Origin: a virus
Taxonomy: Duplodnaviria; Heunggongvirae; Uroviricota; Caudoviricetes
Reading direction: 5' to 3' (one strand)
IMG/VR virus record: IMGVR_UViG_2531839448_000005
Location: 1-54,367 of that record
DNA: 54,367 nt
Numbering within the stretch: position 1 is the stretch's first letter; the number at the start of each line of letters is the position of its first letter. Below are positions 10,778 through 20,856 of the stretch, in pieces. The translations under genes and the position numbers were made by a program. The notes below the pieces were generated by a model. That model did no database searches. It worked only from the letters and a program-made list of their open reading frames with translations, and had not been told where the DNA came from.

Positions 10778-11135
10778 TGATCAGTTCCAGAGACTGCCGA
10801 AGAAGCCGCGCATGCACCGGGCCATACACGGCAATCACCTGTTCACGATCATCCTCTGAAAATACAGGTTGCAGTCCGGTATCACACAGAACATCAATGA
10901 ATAGTTCAACATCTGCCTCCAGATTTCGGCGGGCGCGCTCCGCAACGGATAACGGTGTCTCATCATCTTTTGCTTTAACGATCTCCTGCCAGCGCAACCA
11001 GGCTTCTGCAGAAGGTTCCCGTAATACAACCGTTGCCCCTTCCCATTCAGGCACATCAACAGTTTTATGGCGAAACCCCGACATCGTTGCCAGTGCCAGA
11101 TTGCGGATATTTTTAGTCATCACATCTATCCTCAT
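10638..11135 (-). CDS. G: tail assembly chaperone G (3' end as given is probably read past the true stop)
   Basis: ORF directly upstream of tape measure, overlapping T; the expected product ends near EVKK at the A-tract. Confidence 0.65.
   Translation of the reverse strand: MRIDVMTKNIRNLALATMSGFRHKTVDVPEWEGATVVLREPSAEAWLRWQEIVKAKDDETPLSVAERARRNLEADVELFIDVLCDTGLQPVFSEDDREQVIAVYGPVHARLLRQSLELISDAGEVKKSSASGDAFSDDAGAQDGAHIVRVTPGNVRIRNHDVGRI
10754..10760 (-). promoter_or_regulatory. A-tract at the G/GT frameshift position (A7 on the coding strand)
   Basis: coding strand GTT AAA AAA AGT; T frame is +1 relative to G as given; one extra A would give the slippery heptamer A AAA AAG plus an immediate G stop. 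Confidence 0.5.
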
Positions 11136-11839
11136 TAACTGACGGTAACAGTGCAGGAAGTGGAGGTCACCTTGTTAACAGGGCTTGCTGAATCAGAAAT
11201 CTCGCAGGTATACGCACCGGCATCACCTGATGCTGCTGATGCCTTACTGAATGTTGCCGCCGTCTGTCCGGAAACAGGAGAACTACCTTTCTTCCAGACA
11301 TAAGAATAAGGCGGCACACCACCGGCAGCCTCAACCACCATTTCGAGTTTCGCTCCGGCAGAAACCTGCAGCGTGCTGTTTAAATCGACCTTCACTTTCA
11401 GCGGCTCTGTCGTCAGCACAGGTTTACCTTTCAGGCGCAGGGAAAACGTTGCAGCCACAACACCATTAGTTCCTGCAGACCAGGTATGCTGACGCACCTC
11501 TGCCATAAAGGTAAATCCGTTGCCTGACGGAAAAATAACTTTAAAGCCATACGTGGTGTCATTGTCATAGGCACTGCGCAACGCGTTCTGGGCAGCATTG
11601 AGGTAAAAGTTGCCTGACATGGAAATCTCTGACGCGGCACCAAGGCCGTTAATATTTTCCTGCTCAACAGAACACAGCGTGGTGACATCAATATCCTGCT
11701 TTTGTCCTGCGGTAAACTGCACCTCTTTGATTGTACAGCTCAGGCCAAGATAGCTGGCAGAATCCAGGGTTTCTGCTGTTACCGGTGCAGACGAAATCAT
11801 AATTTTCGTCAGTTGCGAACGCTCAAAATTAGAGGACAT
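11135..11839 (-). CDS. V: major tail protein with C-terminal Ig-like domain (lambda V-like)
   Basis: start MSSNFERSQ; C-terminal Ig-like region with PPYSYVWKKG; position upstream of G. Confidence 0.7.
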   Translation of the reverse strand: MSSNFERSQLTKIMISSAPVTAETLDSASYLGLSCTIKEVQFTAGQKQDIDVTTLCSVEQENINGLGAASEISMSGNFYLNAAQNALRSAYDNDTTYGFKVIFPSGNGFTFMAEVRQHTWSAGTNGVVAATFSLRLKGKPVLTTEPLKVKVDLNSTLQVSAGAKLEMVVEAAGGVPPYSYVWKKGSSPVSGQTAATFSKASAASGDAGAYTCEISDSASPVNKVTSTSCTVTVS

Positions 11840-11898
11840 ACTCGTCTCCTGAAAATAAAAAACCCGCCAGCGGCGGGTGGGTAAAATCATTAACGACC

Positions 11899-12243
11899 TC
11901 AGGCTATTACCTGAAATTCAAGCGTGGCTCTGCTCAGACGGGAATCAGGATCATAACCCTGAGTTTTAGAAATAACGGAGGGTGCAAGTTGCCTTACCGC
12001 ATCAAGCGCCTGCTCACGGATATCATCTGCGTCATCAGGTACTGTTGCCCAGACATCGATCTGCACGGTAATTCTGGATTCAGCCTGACCATCAAGCACA
12101 TCAGACGCAGTGTCAGACACCACAGAAAATACCAGCCATGGCGGAGATACCGCAGGCTTTCCCTCCGTCAGCGGGACCACATAAGGATAAACCTGTCCTC
12201 CGGCCAGTTGAGACAGCAGGGAATACAGTGTGGTCTCTCTCAT
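11899..12243 (-). CDS. tail terminator or completion protein (DUF3168-like)
   Basis: 114 aa ORF in the head-tail joining block. Confidence 0.5.
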   Translation of the reverse strand: MRETTLYSLLSQLAGGQVYPYVVPLTEGKPAVSPPWLVFSVVSDTASDVLDGQAESRITVQIDVWATVPDDADDIREQALDAVRQLAPSVISKTQGYDPDSRLSRATLEFQVIA

Positions 12244-12689
12244 TTACTTAAGACCTCATCAATAGCCTGATTCATTCGCTGTATGGCAATCTGTGCTGCC
12301 AGTTCCTCTGTCGTATCGAAAGCCGGGCGAATGAACGGATGCGCGGGCATGTTTATCGTTCCCAGCTCCACAAAGCGCCAGTAAAACGCATTTCGGGGAT
12401 CACTGGCTTTCATGCTGTTATCACTGTTTCCGGTTCGCAGGTTCCGTCCACGAATGTGGACACCCGAGATAATTTCCCCCCGACGCTTTGAACGCTGAGT
12501 GAGAACAACCACATTTTTCTTCAGTTTCCCGGTTCGCTCCGGCGCACGTTCAACAACTGCATCCCGCATAACTTCAGCACCGGCACGGGTGGCATCGCGC
12601 AGTACCTTATTGTTTTCTGCCCTGCTGAGCGTCTCCAGATCCCGTGCAATATCCGCCAGACCTGAAAAATCAAGACTGAAATCCATCAC
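12240..12689 (-). CDS. head-tail joining protein (HK97 gp10-like)
   Basis: 149 aa ORF, conserved position. Confidence 0.5.
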   Translation of the reverse strand: MMDFSLDFSGLADIARDLETLSRAENNKVLRDATRAGAEVMRDAVVERAPERTGKLKKNVVVLTQRSKRRGEIISGVHIRGRNLRTGNSDNSMKASDPRNAFYWRFVELGTINMPAHPFIRPAFDTTEELAAQIAIQRMNQAIDEVLSK

Positions 12690-13024
12690 ACATTCCCCTT
12701 CTGAGAACAGAGTATCTCAAGCCGTGTGGCACGAGCATCCGGTATCGGCGGACCGTCTATACTCAGAATCGCGCCTTTGAATGCACCAGTCAGCACTTTC
12801 AGACATGAAGTTGCTGTTACATCTCGCCGGAATCTCATCCAGACCCTCACTGTAGCCTGAGCAGTTTCTGCGCCTCCGGATATTCTCTCCCTGCCACTGA
12901 TCCCCTTAACTTCTGCCCATATGGTTGCCCCCTCCGTCATTGTTTCCACAGGGTGCCCTGACGGAGACCGAACGGTGGTGGCATTCAGAATAACCACACG
13001 ATCACGTAATCTTCCTGCCTGCAT
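12686..13024 (-). CDS. head closure / head-tail adaptor protein
   Basis: 112 aa ORF, conserved position after the connector. Confidence 0.5.
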   Translation of the reverse strand: MQAGRLRDRVVILNATTVRSPSGHPVETMTEGATIWAEVKGISGRERISGGAETAQATVRVWMRFRRDVTATSCLKVLTGAFKGAILSIDGPPIPDARATRLEILCSQKGNV

Positions 13025-13032
13025 GAATCCTC

Positions 13033-13338
13033 CTATGTTCCGGGATGAAATCGATACATCCGCAGTCCGGTATAGAAAAAATCAGGCACTGCATCCTGCA
13101 TTTCCCTGTTCTCGTACCAGTAGCCAACCAGTTGCATAAGACGCAGTTTTATCAGAGGTGTTATTACAAGCCCGGTCGTATCCTGCTCAGAAACAGTTTC
13201 ATCGTAAAGCGTCCGGTTTAAAAACTTTTCAGCCTCTTCCCTGGCAGCAGCCAGATACATCATAAGAAGAGAATTCTCCTGTTCATTGTCATCATCAATC
13301 CGGCACTGAACACGAAGCTCTTCCAGAGTGGGCATCAT
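13033..13338 (-). CDS. head-tail connector protein (gp6-like)
   Basis: 101 aa ORF downstream of the major capsid gene with motif YLAAAREEAEKFL. Confidence 0.5.
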   Translation of the reverse strand: MMPTLEELRVQCRIDDDNEQENSLLMMYLAAAREEAEKFLNRTLYDETVSEQDTTGLVITPLIKLRLMQLVGYWYENREMQDAVPDFFYTGLRMYRFHPGT

Positions 13339-13349
13339 TTGGGCAACCT

Positions 13350-13538
13350 CTATGAATGCTGTTTTTTAGACTTATCAGCCCCCCGCGCAACAGGTGTTCT
13401 CTTATCAGAGACAATCCCAGCTGCAGTGGCAATTTCGCGTACCCGTTCGGGTAATTCTTTATCTTCATACTCACCGGCCCGAATAATCTCAACACGCATA
13501 CCGTCCGGTGACCATTTCAGATCTTGTTTCAGGATCAT
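13350..13538 (-). CDS. hypothetical small protein
   Basis: 62 aa ORF between capsid and connector genes. Confidence 0.3.
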   Translation of the reverse strand: MILKQDLKWSPDGMRVEIIRAGEYEDKELPERVREIATAAGIVSDKRTPVARGADKSKKQHS

Positions 13539-13589
13539 GATTCTTTCACCTGTCAGAACAGGGGGCGCACTTCTGCGCCCCCTGAATGA

Positions 13590-14795
13590 TTACGCCGCTG
13601 CAATCTTCAGCAGTTTGATGGCCTGCGAATCGACCAGCATGCCGCCGGTGCGCTTGGTGGTATAAAAACCGACAAACGGTTTATTGGTGTACGGGTCACG
13701 CAGAATGCGGGTACCGATACGGTCAACGATGGTGTAACCCCGTTTGAAGTTACCAAATGCAATGGCTTTCGCATCAGCGGCAATATCCGGCATCTGTTCG
13801 TTTTCAGCGATAGCGTAACCCGCCAGAGAGGACGGCTGCCCCAGCTCCAGCCCCGGACGCCACAGATAGTTACCCTCACTGTCTTTCAGCAGACGGATGG
13901 CAAACAGACTGTTGTTGTTCATCATGAACTTCGCGCCAGTGCGGTGTGCCTTACGCAGCGTGTAAATCAGTTTGATAATGGCATCTGCGGTCACCGCCGT
14001 CGCTTCGCCGGATACAATATGCTGAAGTTTGCCGAACGCCCGGACCTTGTCTGTTTCATCCGTGGACTCATACGCCAGGAACCCTTTCGGCTTCTTGGTA
14101 CCATCGCCGGTGGTAAAGGCAATTTCTTCCTGTTCGGCAAATTCGGTTGCCAGCTCGCTGTTGATCCATGCTTCCACGTTGAAAAAGGCATCATCCAGCA
14201 TTTTCTGGGTGGCCTGCGGGTTACCGTAGATTTCCCCCATGAAAGGTTCAATCAGGCCCAGTTTTGAGGTGGCAGTCTGGGAGCGCGCGTCAGTCTCGCC
14301 AACCCATCCGGAAGCCGTGCCGCCCAGATTCACCAGTTTTTTGTAGTCGGAACCACCAACGCTGATCACCGTGGCTTCCTGGCGCATCACCACTTCATCT
14401 TTCAGCAGGGTGAGAATGTTGCGATCCAGTGCTTCCGGCACGGCATAGCCGCCGTCTTCATCGGTGCCCACCTGTAATGCCTTGCGCTCCAGATCGCGCA
14501 GACCATCTTCACGGCCTTTACGCAGGAAGCCCACAAACGCTTCTTTATGCTCGGTGGCCAGTTTATTTTGCGCACCACCTGCCGGACGTTTCAGCTCAAG
14601 CAGCTCTTTTTCAAGATCGCTTTTGAGGTTTTCCAGCTCGCTGAGTTTCCCGTTCAGGGTTTCCACCTGCCCGGCAAGTTTGCCTTTTTCCTGCTCAATC
14701 GCATCCACGCGCTTGTCGTTCTTTGCTTTGAAGTCGTCAAACTTCTGCTGCAGCTCCTGCGCGACCTGTTCGACATCTTTAATATCAACCGCCAT
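13590..14795 (-). CDS. major capsid protein, HK97 family
   Basis: 401 aa; N-terminal coiled-coil delta domain; motifs TGDGTKKPKGFLAY and DSQAIK. Confidence 0.85.
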   Translation of the reverse strand: MAVDIKDVEQVAQELQQKFDDFKAKNDKRVDAIEQEKGKLAGQVETLNGKLSELENLKSDLEKELLELKRPAGGAQNKLATEHKEAFVGFLRKGREDGLRDLERKALQVGTDEDGGYAVPEALDRNILTLLKDEVVMRQEATVISVGGSDYKKLVNLGGTASGWVGETDARSQTATSKLGLIEPFMGEIYGNPQATQKMLDDAFFNVEAWINSELATEFAEQEEIAFTTGDGTKKPKGFLAYESTDETDKVRAFGKLQHIVSGEATAVTADAIIKLIYTLRKAHRTGAKFMMNNNSLFAIRLLKDSEGNYLWRPGLELGQPSSLAGYAIAENEQMPDIAADAKAIAFGNFKRGYTIVDRIGTRILRDPYTNKPFVGFYTTKRTGGMLVDSQAIKLLKIAAA

Positions 14796-14809
14796 CGTAT
14801 TTCTCCTGA

Positions 14810-15496
14810 TTAGAAGTTTAGATTTTTCAGTGCATTCAGTGCAGAGCCCACATCCTCAGCGTCGCGCAGGGACAGTGCGCCATAGCCCCCGGCCATGAAT
14901 GCTTTGGCCTGGGTACGGGAGAGTCCGACATCACGCAGGACTCTTTCGATTTTTTTCTGTTCGGGGATTTCCCCGCGGGCCAGTGCGTTCTTGACGTCGC
15001 TGATCCGCGCCTCGTCGTTAGACGGGAACGTCACCAGGCTGACTTCCCAGAGGTCGATTTCTTTCAGCAGAAAGGCTTCTTTGCTCCGGTCGTATTCCCA
15101 GTCTTTCAGGACGTACCCAATAGAAAGGCCGGTTAACGAACCGGCCTTCATGTGTGCATGTGCGCGTTTTGCGAGGGGATCATCATCAATAAGCAACCGT
15201 CCCCTGACGTAAAGCCCGACATCGTCTTCCTTCATTTCGGTGTAAACACCGATGGGTTCATCCATGCGGTGCTGCCAGAGCAGCGCAGGTAACGCTTTTC
15301 TGTCACTCCACGCCCGCAGTGAAGCAGCAAATGCCCCGGACATCACCACATCATCGTGGCTGTCCTTTACACCAAAGACGGAGCCATACCCTTCAAACTC
15401 ACCGGAGTCACTGACAGATTTCAGACTCAGCGGTACATCAAGACGTTGTTTCGTCTGCATTGGCGTTATCCTTCTGCTTACCGGCTTTACTGCCAT
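14810..15496 (-). CDS. prohead protease (HK97 family)
   Basis: 228 aa ORF between portal and capsid genes. Confidence 0.7.
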   Translation of the reverse strand: MAVKPVSRRITPMQTKQRLDVPLSLKSVSDSGEFEGYGSVFGVKDSHDDVVMSGAFAASLRAWSDRKALPALLWQHRMDEPIGVYTEMKEDDVGLYVRGRLLIDDDPLAKRAHAHMKAGSLTGLSIGYVLKDWEYDRSKEAFLLKEIDLWEVSLVTFPSNDEARISDVKNALARGEIPEQKKIERVLRDVGLSRTQAKAFMAGGYGALSLRDAEDVGSALNALKNLNF

Positions 15497-16679
15497 CGGA
15501 TGGTTTCGTGGTCATGTTCATCGGTGTGAGATAGACATCCCCACCGGGACGCGGATTCATATCTTCCAGGTCGCGGCAGTCATTGGGAGAGTAAATTCCC
15601 CAGTTGATCCCGGTGGCGTAGGCTTCAAAACGGGACTTCATATCCCCGCGCAGTAACGCCCCGGCGTTAAATTTGGCGTAATAAACGCCCTGCTTACTTT
15701 TTCGTACCAGTCCGGTGTTGATCCGCTGTTCGATGCGGGTCAGATACGGCACCAGTGAATAGTTGATAAATCCCAGCCCCAGCTCTTCGATATTGTTGAA
15801 GGTGGCGCGATCGGTGTTCTGCACCATGTGCAACGGCACCCGGAACAGACGACAGATTTCTTCAAGCTGAAACTTGCGGGTTTCCAGGAACTGGCTGTCC
15901 TCGGCGTTCAGCGCCATCGACTTCCAGTCCAGCCCCATCTCAAGGATCATCGGGCGGTGAGCATTGCCAAGCCCGGTGTGACGCTCCTCAAAATCTTTCT
16001 TCAGGCGCTCATAAGCCTGATCCGACAGCGTCTGTTCTGTACGCAACACACCGGACGTCACCGCACCATTGCTGAACAGTCTGGCCCCGTGCTCTTCGGT
16101 CGCTGCTGCCAGCGATATTGCCTCGCGGGCATAGGCGATGGGATTCAGTCCCACCAGACCGTCCAGCGTCAGCGTGCGCACATGCCAGATATCTTCCTGG
16201 CTCAGTACATCCGTGGAACCGTCCGGGAATGTGACCTGATAGACCGGCTCCCAGCGACTGTTAAGCTTCGGTACCACACAACCGGGATCGACGGGCAGCA
16301 GTTCAGCCACTTCGCCAAATGCTTTCACTTTGTAGGCGTAAAAGTTTCCCCTCAGGCACAGACAGGTGACCACCAGCTCCCAGAACTCCTGCGGCGTCAT
16401 ATAGCCATTGGGATGCGTGGAGATCAGCTTATGCAGACGTTCGCCGGTGGCTCTCTGTTTCAGGCTGCCGTTCAGGTGATACAGATTGCAGGGCAACATC
16501 CCGACCGACTCTGCTAGCACTCTGACGCAGGAAAAAACCGCCGTCAGTCGCATGGCCCGCTGACTGCTGATCTGCTTTCCGGTATAGGTGTCGTAAGACA
16601 ACCCGATGGCATCCGCCAGCTCTGCTGGCGTGGTCACCGGCGCGTCACTTTTTCGTTGAAATAATCCCGAAAAGAACAC
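15438..16679 (-). CDS. portal protein (HK97 family)
   Basis: 413 aa ORF downstream of terL. Confidence 0.8.
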   Translation of the reverse strand: MFFSGLFQRKSDAPVTTPAELADAIGLSYDTYTGKQISSQRAMRLTAVFSCVRVLAESVGMLPCNLYHLNGSLKQRATGERLHKLISTHPNGYMTPQEFWELVVTCLCLRGNFYAYKVKAFGEVAELLPVDPGCVVPKLNSRWEPVYQVTFPDGSTDVLSQEDIWHVRTLTLDGLVGLNPIAYAREAISLAAATEEHGARLFSNGAVTSGVLRTEQTLSDQAYERLKKDFEERHTGLGNAHRPMILEMGLDWKSMALNAEDSQFLETRKFQLEEICRLFRVPLHMVQNTDRATFNNIEELGLGFINYSLVPYLTRIEQRINTGLVRKSKQGVYYAKFNAGALLRGDMKSRFEAYATGINWGIYSPNDCRDLEDMNPRPGGDVYLTPMNMTTKPSDGSKAGKQKDNANADETTS

Positions 16680-16861
16680 TATTTACCTCCGCCGACAGAC
16701 GGCTGTGTACGGTCGAGATATCGCGCCACCAGCCACGACCAGAACAGGCACAGCACCCCGGCAACAACAAAACCCGCCGGGGGATAAATCAGCCAGGCAC
16801 CATACGCCAGCAAAAGCGCACCCAGCACGCCCACCAGTGGCGCGAGAATTATCAGAAACAT
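16679..16861 (-). CDS. small membrane protein
   Basis: 60 aa hydrophobic ORF between the terL fragment and portal. Confidence 0.3.
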   Translation of the reverse strand: MFLIILAPLVGVLGALLLAYGAWLIYPPAGFVVAGVLCLFWSWLVARYLDRTQPSVGGGK

Positions 16862-16872
16862 AATGACCTCGG

Positions 16873-17609
16873 TTAAAGCGAACGGATGCCCACGCTGACC
16901 AGATGTTCAGACAGATCCAGCTCCGGTTCACCACCATTGACCAGCATCCGGCTCATTGCTGTAAACATCGCAACAGGGCCGTCGATTTTGGCTTCCAGCG
17001 TGGATTTATTCGGGAAGATATTGTCGTTTTTGTCCGGTTTTACCGTAACGTTAGACATCATCCAGTTCATGACCGGATGATTGCTGTGATGGAAACGCCC
17101 GGCATAGACCAGTGATTCCGTTTCCTTCATGGCCTCTGACAGATTGCGAACCGTCTGCGGAACCTCCACCAGCGGTATCCCTTCTTCAGCCAGTGCCAGG
17201 CTGAACTGCATCGCGCTCCACGGGTCAAATCCCAGTTCCCTGAGGTTTTCACCACCAATCCATTCCAGTAAGTCACTTTTTATCTGAGCATGATCGATAA
17301 CATCACCATCCGTCAGAATCAGCTTATCCATCTCCGCCCACTTCCGGTAAAGTTCTGCCTGCTGCCGCGAGCATCGTTCCAGCCGTCCTTCCGGAAGCCA
17401 GAATTTAAAATCGGCATGAACATGCCCGTTATCCGTTCGCCAGAGTTTTGCCGCCGCACAGATATCAATCTTATGAGCAAGGTCAACGCCGACCCACATG
17501 GGATACGTTTTCAGCTCATGTCGTGGGGCAATGTATTCGCACTTCTCCCACTTAATCATGTCCATCCAGGCAGACTCTGCTGTTACCCACACATTCATGT
17601 GTTTGGTAA
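16873..17609 (-). pseudogene. terL: terminase large subunit, C-terminal (nuclease) fragment of the resident prophage; separated from its 5' part by the 15 kb insertion
   Basis: ORF begins MNVWVTAESAW and aligns to the C-terminal third of the intact island terL (shared WxxSNV and KPNK motifs); in-frame stop lies immediately upstream inside the island. Confidence 0.85.
17603..17609. repeat. left junction core TTGGTAA (direct repeat with 32655-32661)
   Basis: identical 7 bp at both insertion junctions; flanks join to an in-frame terL. Confidence 0.6.
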
Positions 17610-17683
17610 GAATATTTCAAGTTTTTTAAAATCACCTGTATATCAATCATTTAACATGAAAAACAGTCTTTATAAATCATCGA

Positions 17684-17704
17684 GCAATACACAGCGCAAT
17701 ACAC
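17684..17704. repeat. tandem GCAATACAC arm-type repeat (copy 1)
   Basis: GCAATACACAGCGCAATACAC; near-identical copy at 32504-32524 just upstream of int. Confidence 0.5.
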
Positions 17705-17891
17705 GTATCTGTATTGTTTTAATGCTGATACACACCGTTTTTTGATACAGTGATTCGACCTACCATCGCGAAGCATTTTTATTTCTTGTGTGTAACAATC
17801 TGACGAGGTGAGCACTCAAAGAGATAAGAGGCAGTAGAAATTTCGATCCCCCCCCTGAATGCAATTTTTCGTATATATATATACAAAACAG

Positions 17892-18046
17892 TGCGGGTTA
17901 TGCGGGTTAGCGGGTTATCTTCGCGTGCTAAGTATTTTTTACTCTTTAATATCAATACGTTAAAAACAACGTATCTAAATATCAGCCAGAATGTAACCCG
18001 CAAGACATTCAAAATAACCCGCAAACACCACTCAAATAACCCGCAA
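17892..18046. repeat. iteron cluster A: 3 direct plus 3 inverted copies of GCGGGTTA(T) flanking an AT-rich spacer
   Basis: TGCGGGTTAT, GCGGGTTAG, CGGGTTATC at 17892-17919; TAACCCGCAA at 17994, 18014, 18036. Confidence 0.6.
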
Positions 18047-18125
18047 AAACATCCCTGAAAGTGGGTGCCGATAATACTGAAAATTTATTCCATTAAATGA
18101 GCATTGTCCTCTCTCATCCATTCCG

Positions 18126-19787
18126 TTACACACCATCAAACGTCGCAAGCCGCTCTTTGTGGCTGTCGCTCATATCGAATGCAAATTCCTCATGCTCTGC
18201 CTGGAATGTGCCAAACGCCATCAGCGCCGCAACGCTCGGGTCTATCTTGTTGGATGATTTTTTCTTGTTCGGCTTGATATTGGCGTTCGCGTCACTCTGC
18301 ATCACAACATTACTCATTGACCAGGCCAGCACCGGATCACCACGATGCACAATCACCTTCCGGTTAACAAAAACTTCGAACGATTTCGCCGCCGGACTGA
18401 AACGAAGGTACGTTTGCGGGAACGGCTCCACCTCAAATCCCGCCCCCTGTAGCTGTGTTCTCAGGTGAGTGGCGTTCCATGTATCGAAGCCCACCAGCCT
18501 GATACTGAAATTCTCTGCATCCACCATGATGTCATCACGGATACGGTCATAATCAATGCAGTCACCCGGTGTTGTGCGTATCCAGCCCGCCTTTACCCAC
18601 TGGCGATAAATGGCGCGGTTTTTATTGGCGGGGTTCTGTAACTGAAATTCCGGCAGATAGTGACGGGAAACCAGCATAATCTTTTTACCGACCGGAAAGG
18701 CATAGCACACGCTGGAAATATCGCTGGTTGATGATAAGTCCAGCCCCACGTAGCACTCCTGCCCGTATAAATCCGCCTCCGCGAACGTTCCGGCGCACTC
18801 CGCCCATGCACCGTTACCCATCCACGGCGTAGCCCCCTGACACCAGATATTGAATCGCTTGGTGAGCATTTCCACCCACTGCGACGGAATACCCCGCGCT
18901 TTCTGGATGGTTGAGGCCAGTTTTTCACGATCGACGGAAACATCGATATTGGGATTCGCCTTTATCCACATCGCCGGATCGTCAACCTCGCTTTCATCAT
19001 CCAGCTCGTAAATCAGTACGAACATGGATTCGTTCACCTCTTCACCATCCAGTATCTGGCAGCAATAGTCGTAGTGTTGTTTACAGGCTGAAACAACGTT
19101 GCTCCCCGATGTGGTGATGGCAAATAATAACCCCTCCGGACGCGCCCCCATTCCCAGTTCAAGCGCGGAATAAACCCCGTTGTCAGGGTGCAGGTGATAT
19201 TCATCTACAATGGCAAGACTCGGGTTTGTACCTTCAATGGTTGCCGCTTTTGCTGCCAGTGGCTTTAACAGGCTGTTGGTTTTCGGGTGTATCACCTTGT
19301 GTGCCTGAATATTTACCCGCTTTCGTAACGGTCGGGATAAAAGGCACATCTGACGCGCATCATCAAACACGATCCGCGCCTGATCACGACTCACGGCGGC
19401 GGTGTAAATATCCTGCTGCCCGTTTTCCATAACCAGAAACCAGTTAGCCAGGATAGCGGCGACCGTGGATTTGGCATTTTTTCGCGGTACTTCAATGAAT
19501 GCGCTGGTGTATTTGCGCCGTCCGGTGGCCTTAACCTTAAAGCCCAGGATGCACGCAAAGGCGAACTGCTGCCACGGCTCCAGCTCAATGGGGCTACCGC
19601 GCATTGCGCCTTTTACGTGCGGACACACCCTGGAAAAGGCAATAAACCGCTCCACGACCTCCGGATCGAACGTGTAAAGGGGGTTTTCAAGGTCAGAAAA
19701 ATACCGTTTAACGGCCTGTTTCAGTCGTTTACAGGCCGTAATTTTGCCGTTTTTTACGCCTTCTGCGTACTCATGCCAGGCGGTCAA
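18126..19787 (-). CDS. terL: terminase large subunit (island-encoded, intact)
   Basis: 553 aa; ATPase and nuclease regions homologous to the split resident terL. Confidence 0.85.
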   Translation of the reverse strand: MTAWHEYAEGVKNGKITACKRLKQAVKRYFSDLENPLYTFDPEVVERFIAFSRVCPHVKGAMRGSPIELEPWQQFAFACILGFKVKATGRRKYTSAFIEVPRKNAKSTVAAILANWFLVMENGQQDIYTAAVSRDQARIVFDDARQMCLLSRPLRKRVNIQAHKVIHPKTNSLLKPLAAKAATIEGTNPSLAIVDEYHLHPDNGVYSALELGMGARPEGLLFAITTSGSNVVSACKQHYDYCCQILDGEEVNESMFVLIYELDDESEVDDPAMWIKANPNIDVSVDREKLASTIQKARGIPSQWVEMLTKRFNIWCQGATPWMGNGAWAECAGTFAEADLYGQECYVGLDLSSTSDISSVCYAFPVGKKIMLVSRHYLPEFQLQNPANKNRAIYRQWVKAGWIRTTPGDCIDYDRIRDDIMVDAENFSIRLVGFDTWNATHLRTQLQGAGFEVEPFPQTYLRFSPAAKSFEVFVNRKVIVHRGDPVLAWSMSNVVMQSDANANIKPNKKKSSNKIDPSVAALMAFGTFQAEHEEFAFDMSDSHKERLATFDGV

Positions 19788-20127
19788 GCTCGTCCTCTTC
19801 CTCTGTTTCCGGTGGATTTCTGCGGCGACTTACCGGGTCAAAACCCAGCAAAGAAGCCATTTTGATCATTATTCTTTCAGCGTCAGCCTTTGCGCTCAGG
19901 GCGGGGTTTCTGCTCTCGCTGCCCTGACTGTTAACAATGCTGAACCCGCGCGTGGCAAGGTCTTCGACGGCTTTGCGGTATATGGAGTAGTTAACGCAAT
20001 ACAGCTCCAGATTGCTCCAGTCGGCGGGGGTAAGGTCTTCCCGTCCGGAAAGCTGGCGCGATTTTTCCTTCCACTGCCTGACCGCGATTTCATCCAGGTA
20101 AGCGGGGGCTTTTGGTGGTCTTGCCAT
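19771..20127 (-). CDS. terS: terminase small subunit (P27-like)
   Basis: start MARPPKAPAYLDE; homologous in outline to the resident terS at 33682-34164. Confidence 0.7.
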   Translation of the reverse strand: MARPPKAPAYLDEIAVRQWKEKSRQLSGREDLTPADWSNLELYCVNYSIYRKAVEDLATRGFSIVNSQGSESRNPALSAKADAERIMIKMASLLGFDPVSRRRNPPETEEEDELDRLA

Positions 20128-20246
20128 GTTCTTTTTTCGCCCAATTATTTTCAAAAAAATTCCCGTGCACAAAAATTTGAGGAGGCGGTCGGTGTCCGGC
20201 AGGGACGGTTTTGTCCTGAAAACCTCCCCCACCCCCTCTGACGGCC

Positions 20247-20423
20247 TCACCAGCGATTGCGAAAACATTCCATGACCTCGCGGTCACGGTCGGTTAATCG
20301 CTTCGCTGTGGTGCGTTCTGTGCGCCCTGTCCTGTTGGCTTTGTGCCCTGTCTCCTGTGTCTTCCATAAGTCACGCTGCCTTATCAGTCCACGTATCAGC
20401 CTGTTTTGCTCCTGTTCAGTCAT
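20247..20423 (-). CDS. hypothetical small protein
   Basis: 58-codon frame between HNH and terS; weak. Confidence 0.2.
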   Translation of the reverse strand: MTEQEQNRLIRGLIRQRDLWKTQETGHKANRTGRTERTTAKRLTDRDREVMECFRNRW

Positions 20424-20856
20424 CATCGCCATACATCCAGTCGTTACGGTGTGCCGCCCGTTCTTCCTGCTCGCGATACATACCCGCCTTACGGTTCGCT
20501 TTCGTGGCTGGATCTTCCCGTGTTGTCTTACGGTTATGGCACGTCTGGCACAATGCCTGGTGGTTCCACTCAGGCCAGAAGAGAACATCACCGCCGCCAT
20601 TGATGGGAATGATGTGATCCACCACAAGAGCTGGCGTATAAATCCCCTTAGCCAGACAACGCACGCATAACGGATTTTTGCTCAGGTACAGGGCGCGGTA
20701 TTTGTCCCACTGTCGGGAATACCCGCGCGCGCGGCGGTGTCCCCGTCTGGCATCCTCTGCACGCCATGCAGCCCGCCTGTGATCTTCGCACTTGCCGGAC
20801 TTCACGCGCTTATTACAGCCCGGCTCAGTGCATCGCCTTAATGGTTGCCACGGCAT
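20416..20856 (-). CDS. HNH endonuclease
   Basis: paired CxxC motifs plus HNH-like core DHIIPINGGG...NHQALCQTCHNRK. Confidence 0.8.
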   Translation of the reverse strand: MPWQPLRRCTEPGCNKRVKSGKCEDHRRAAWRAEDARRGHRRARGYSRQWDKYRALYLSKNPLCVRCLAKGIYTPALVVDHIIPINGGGDVLFWPEWNHQALCQTCHNRKTTREDPATKANRKAGMYREQEERAAHRNDWMYGDDD

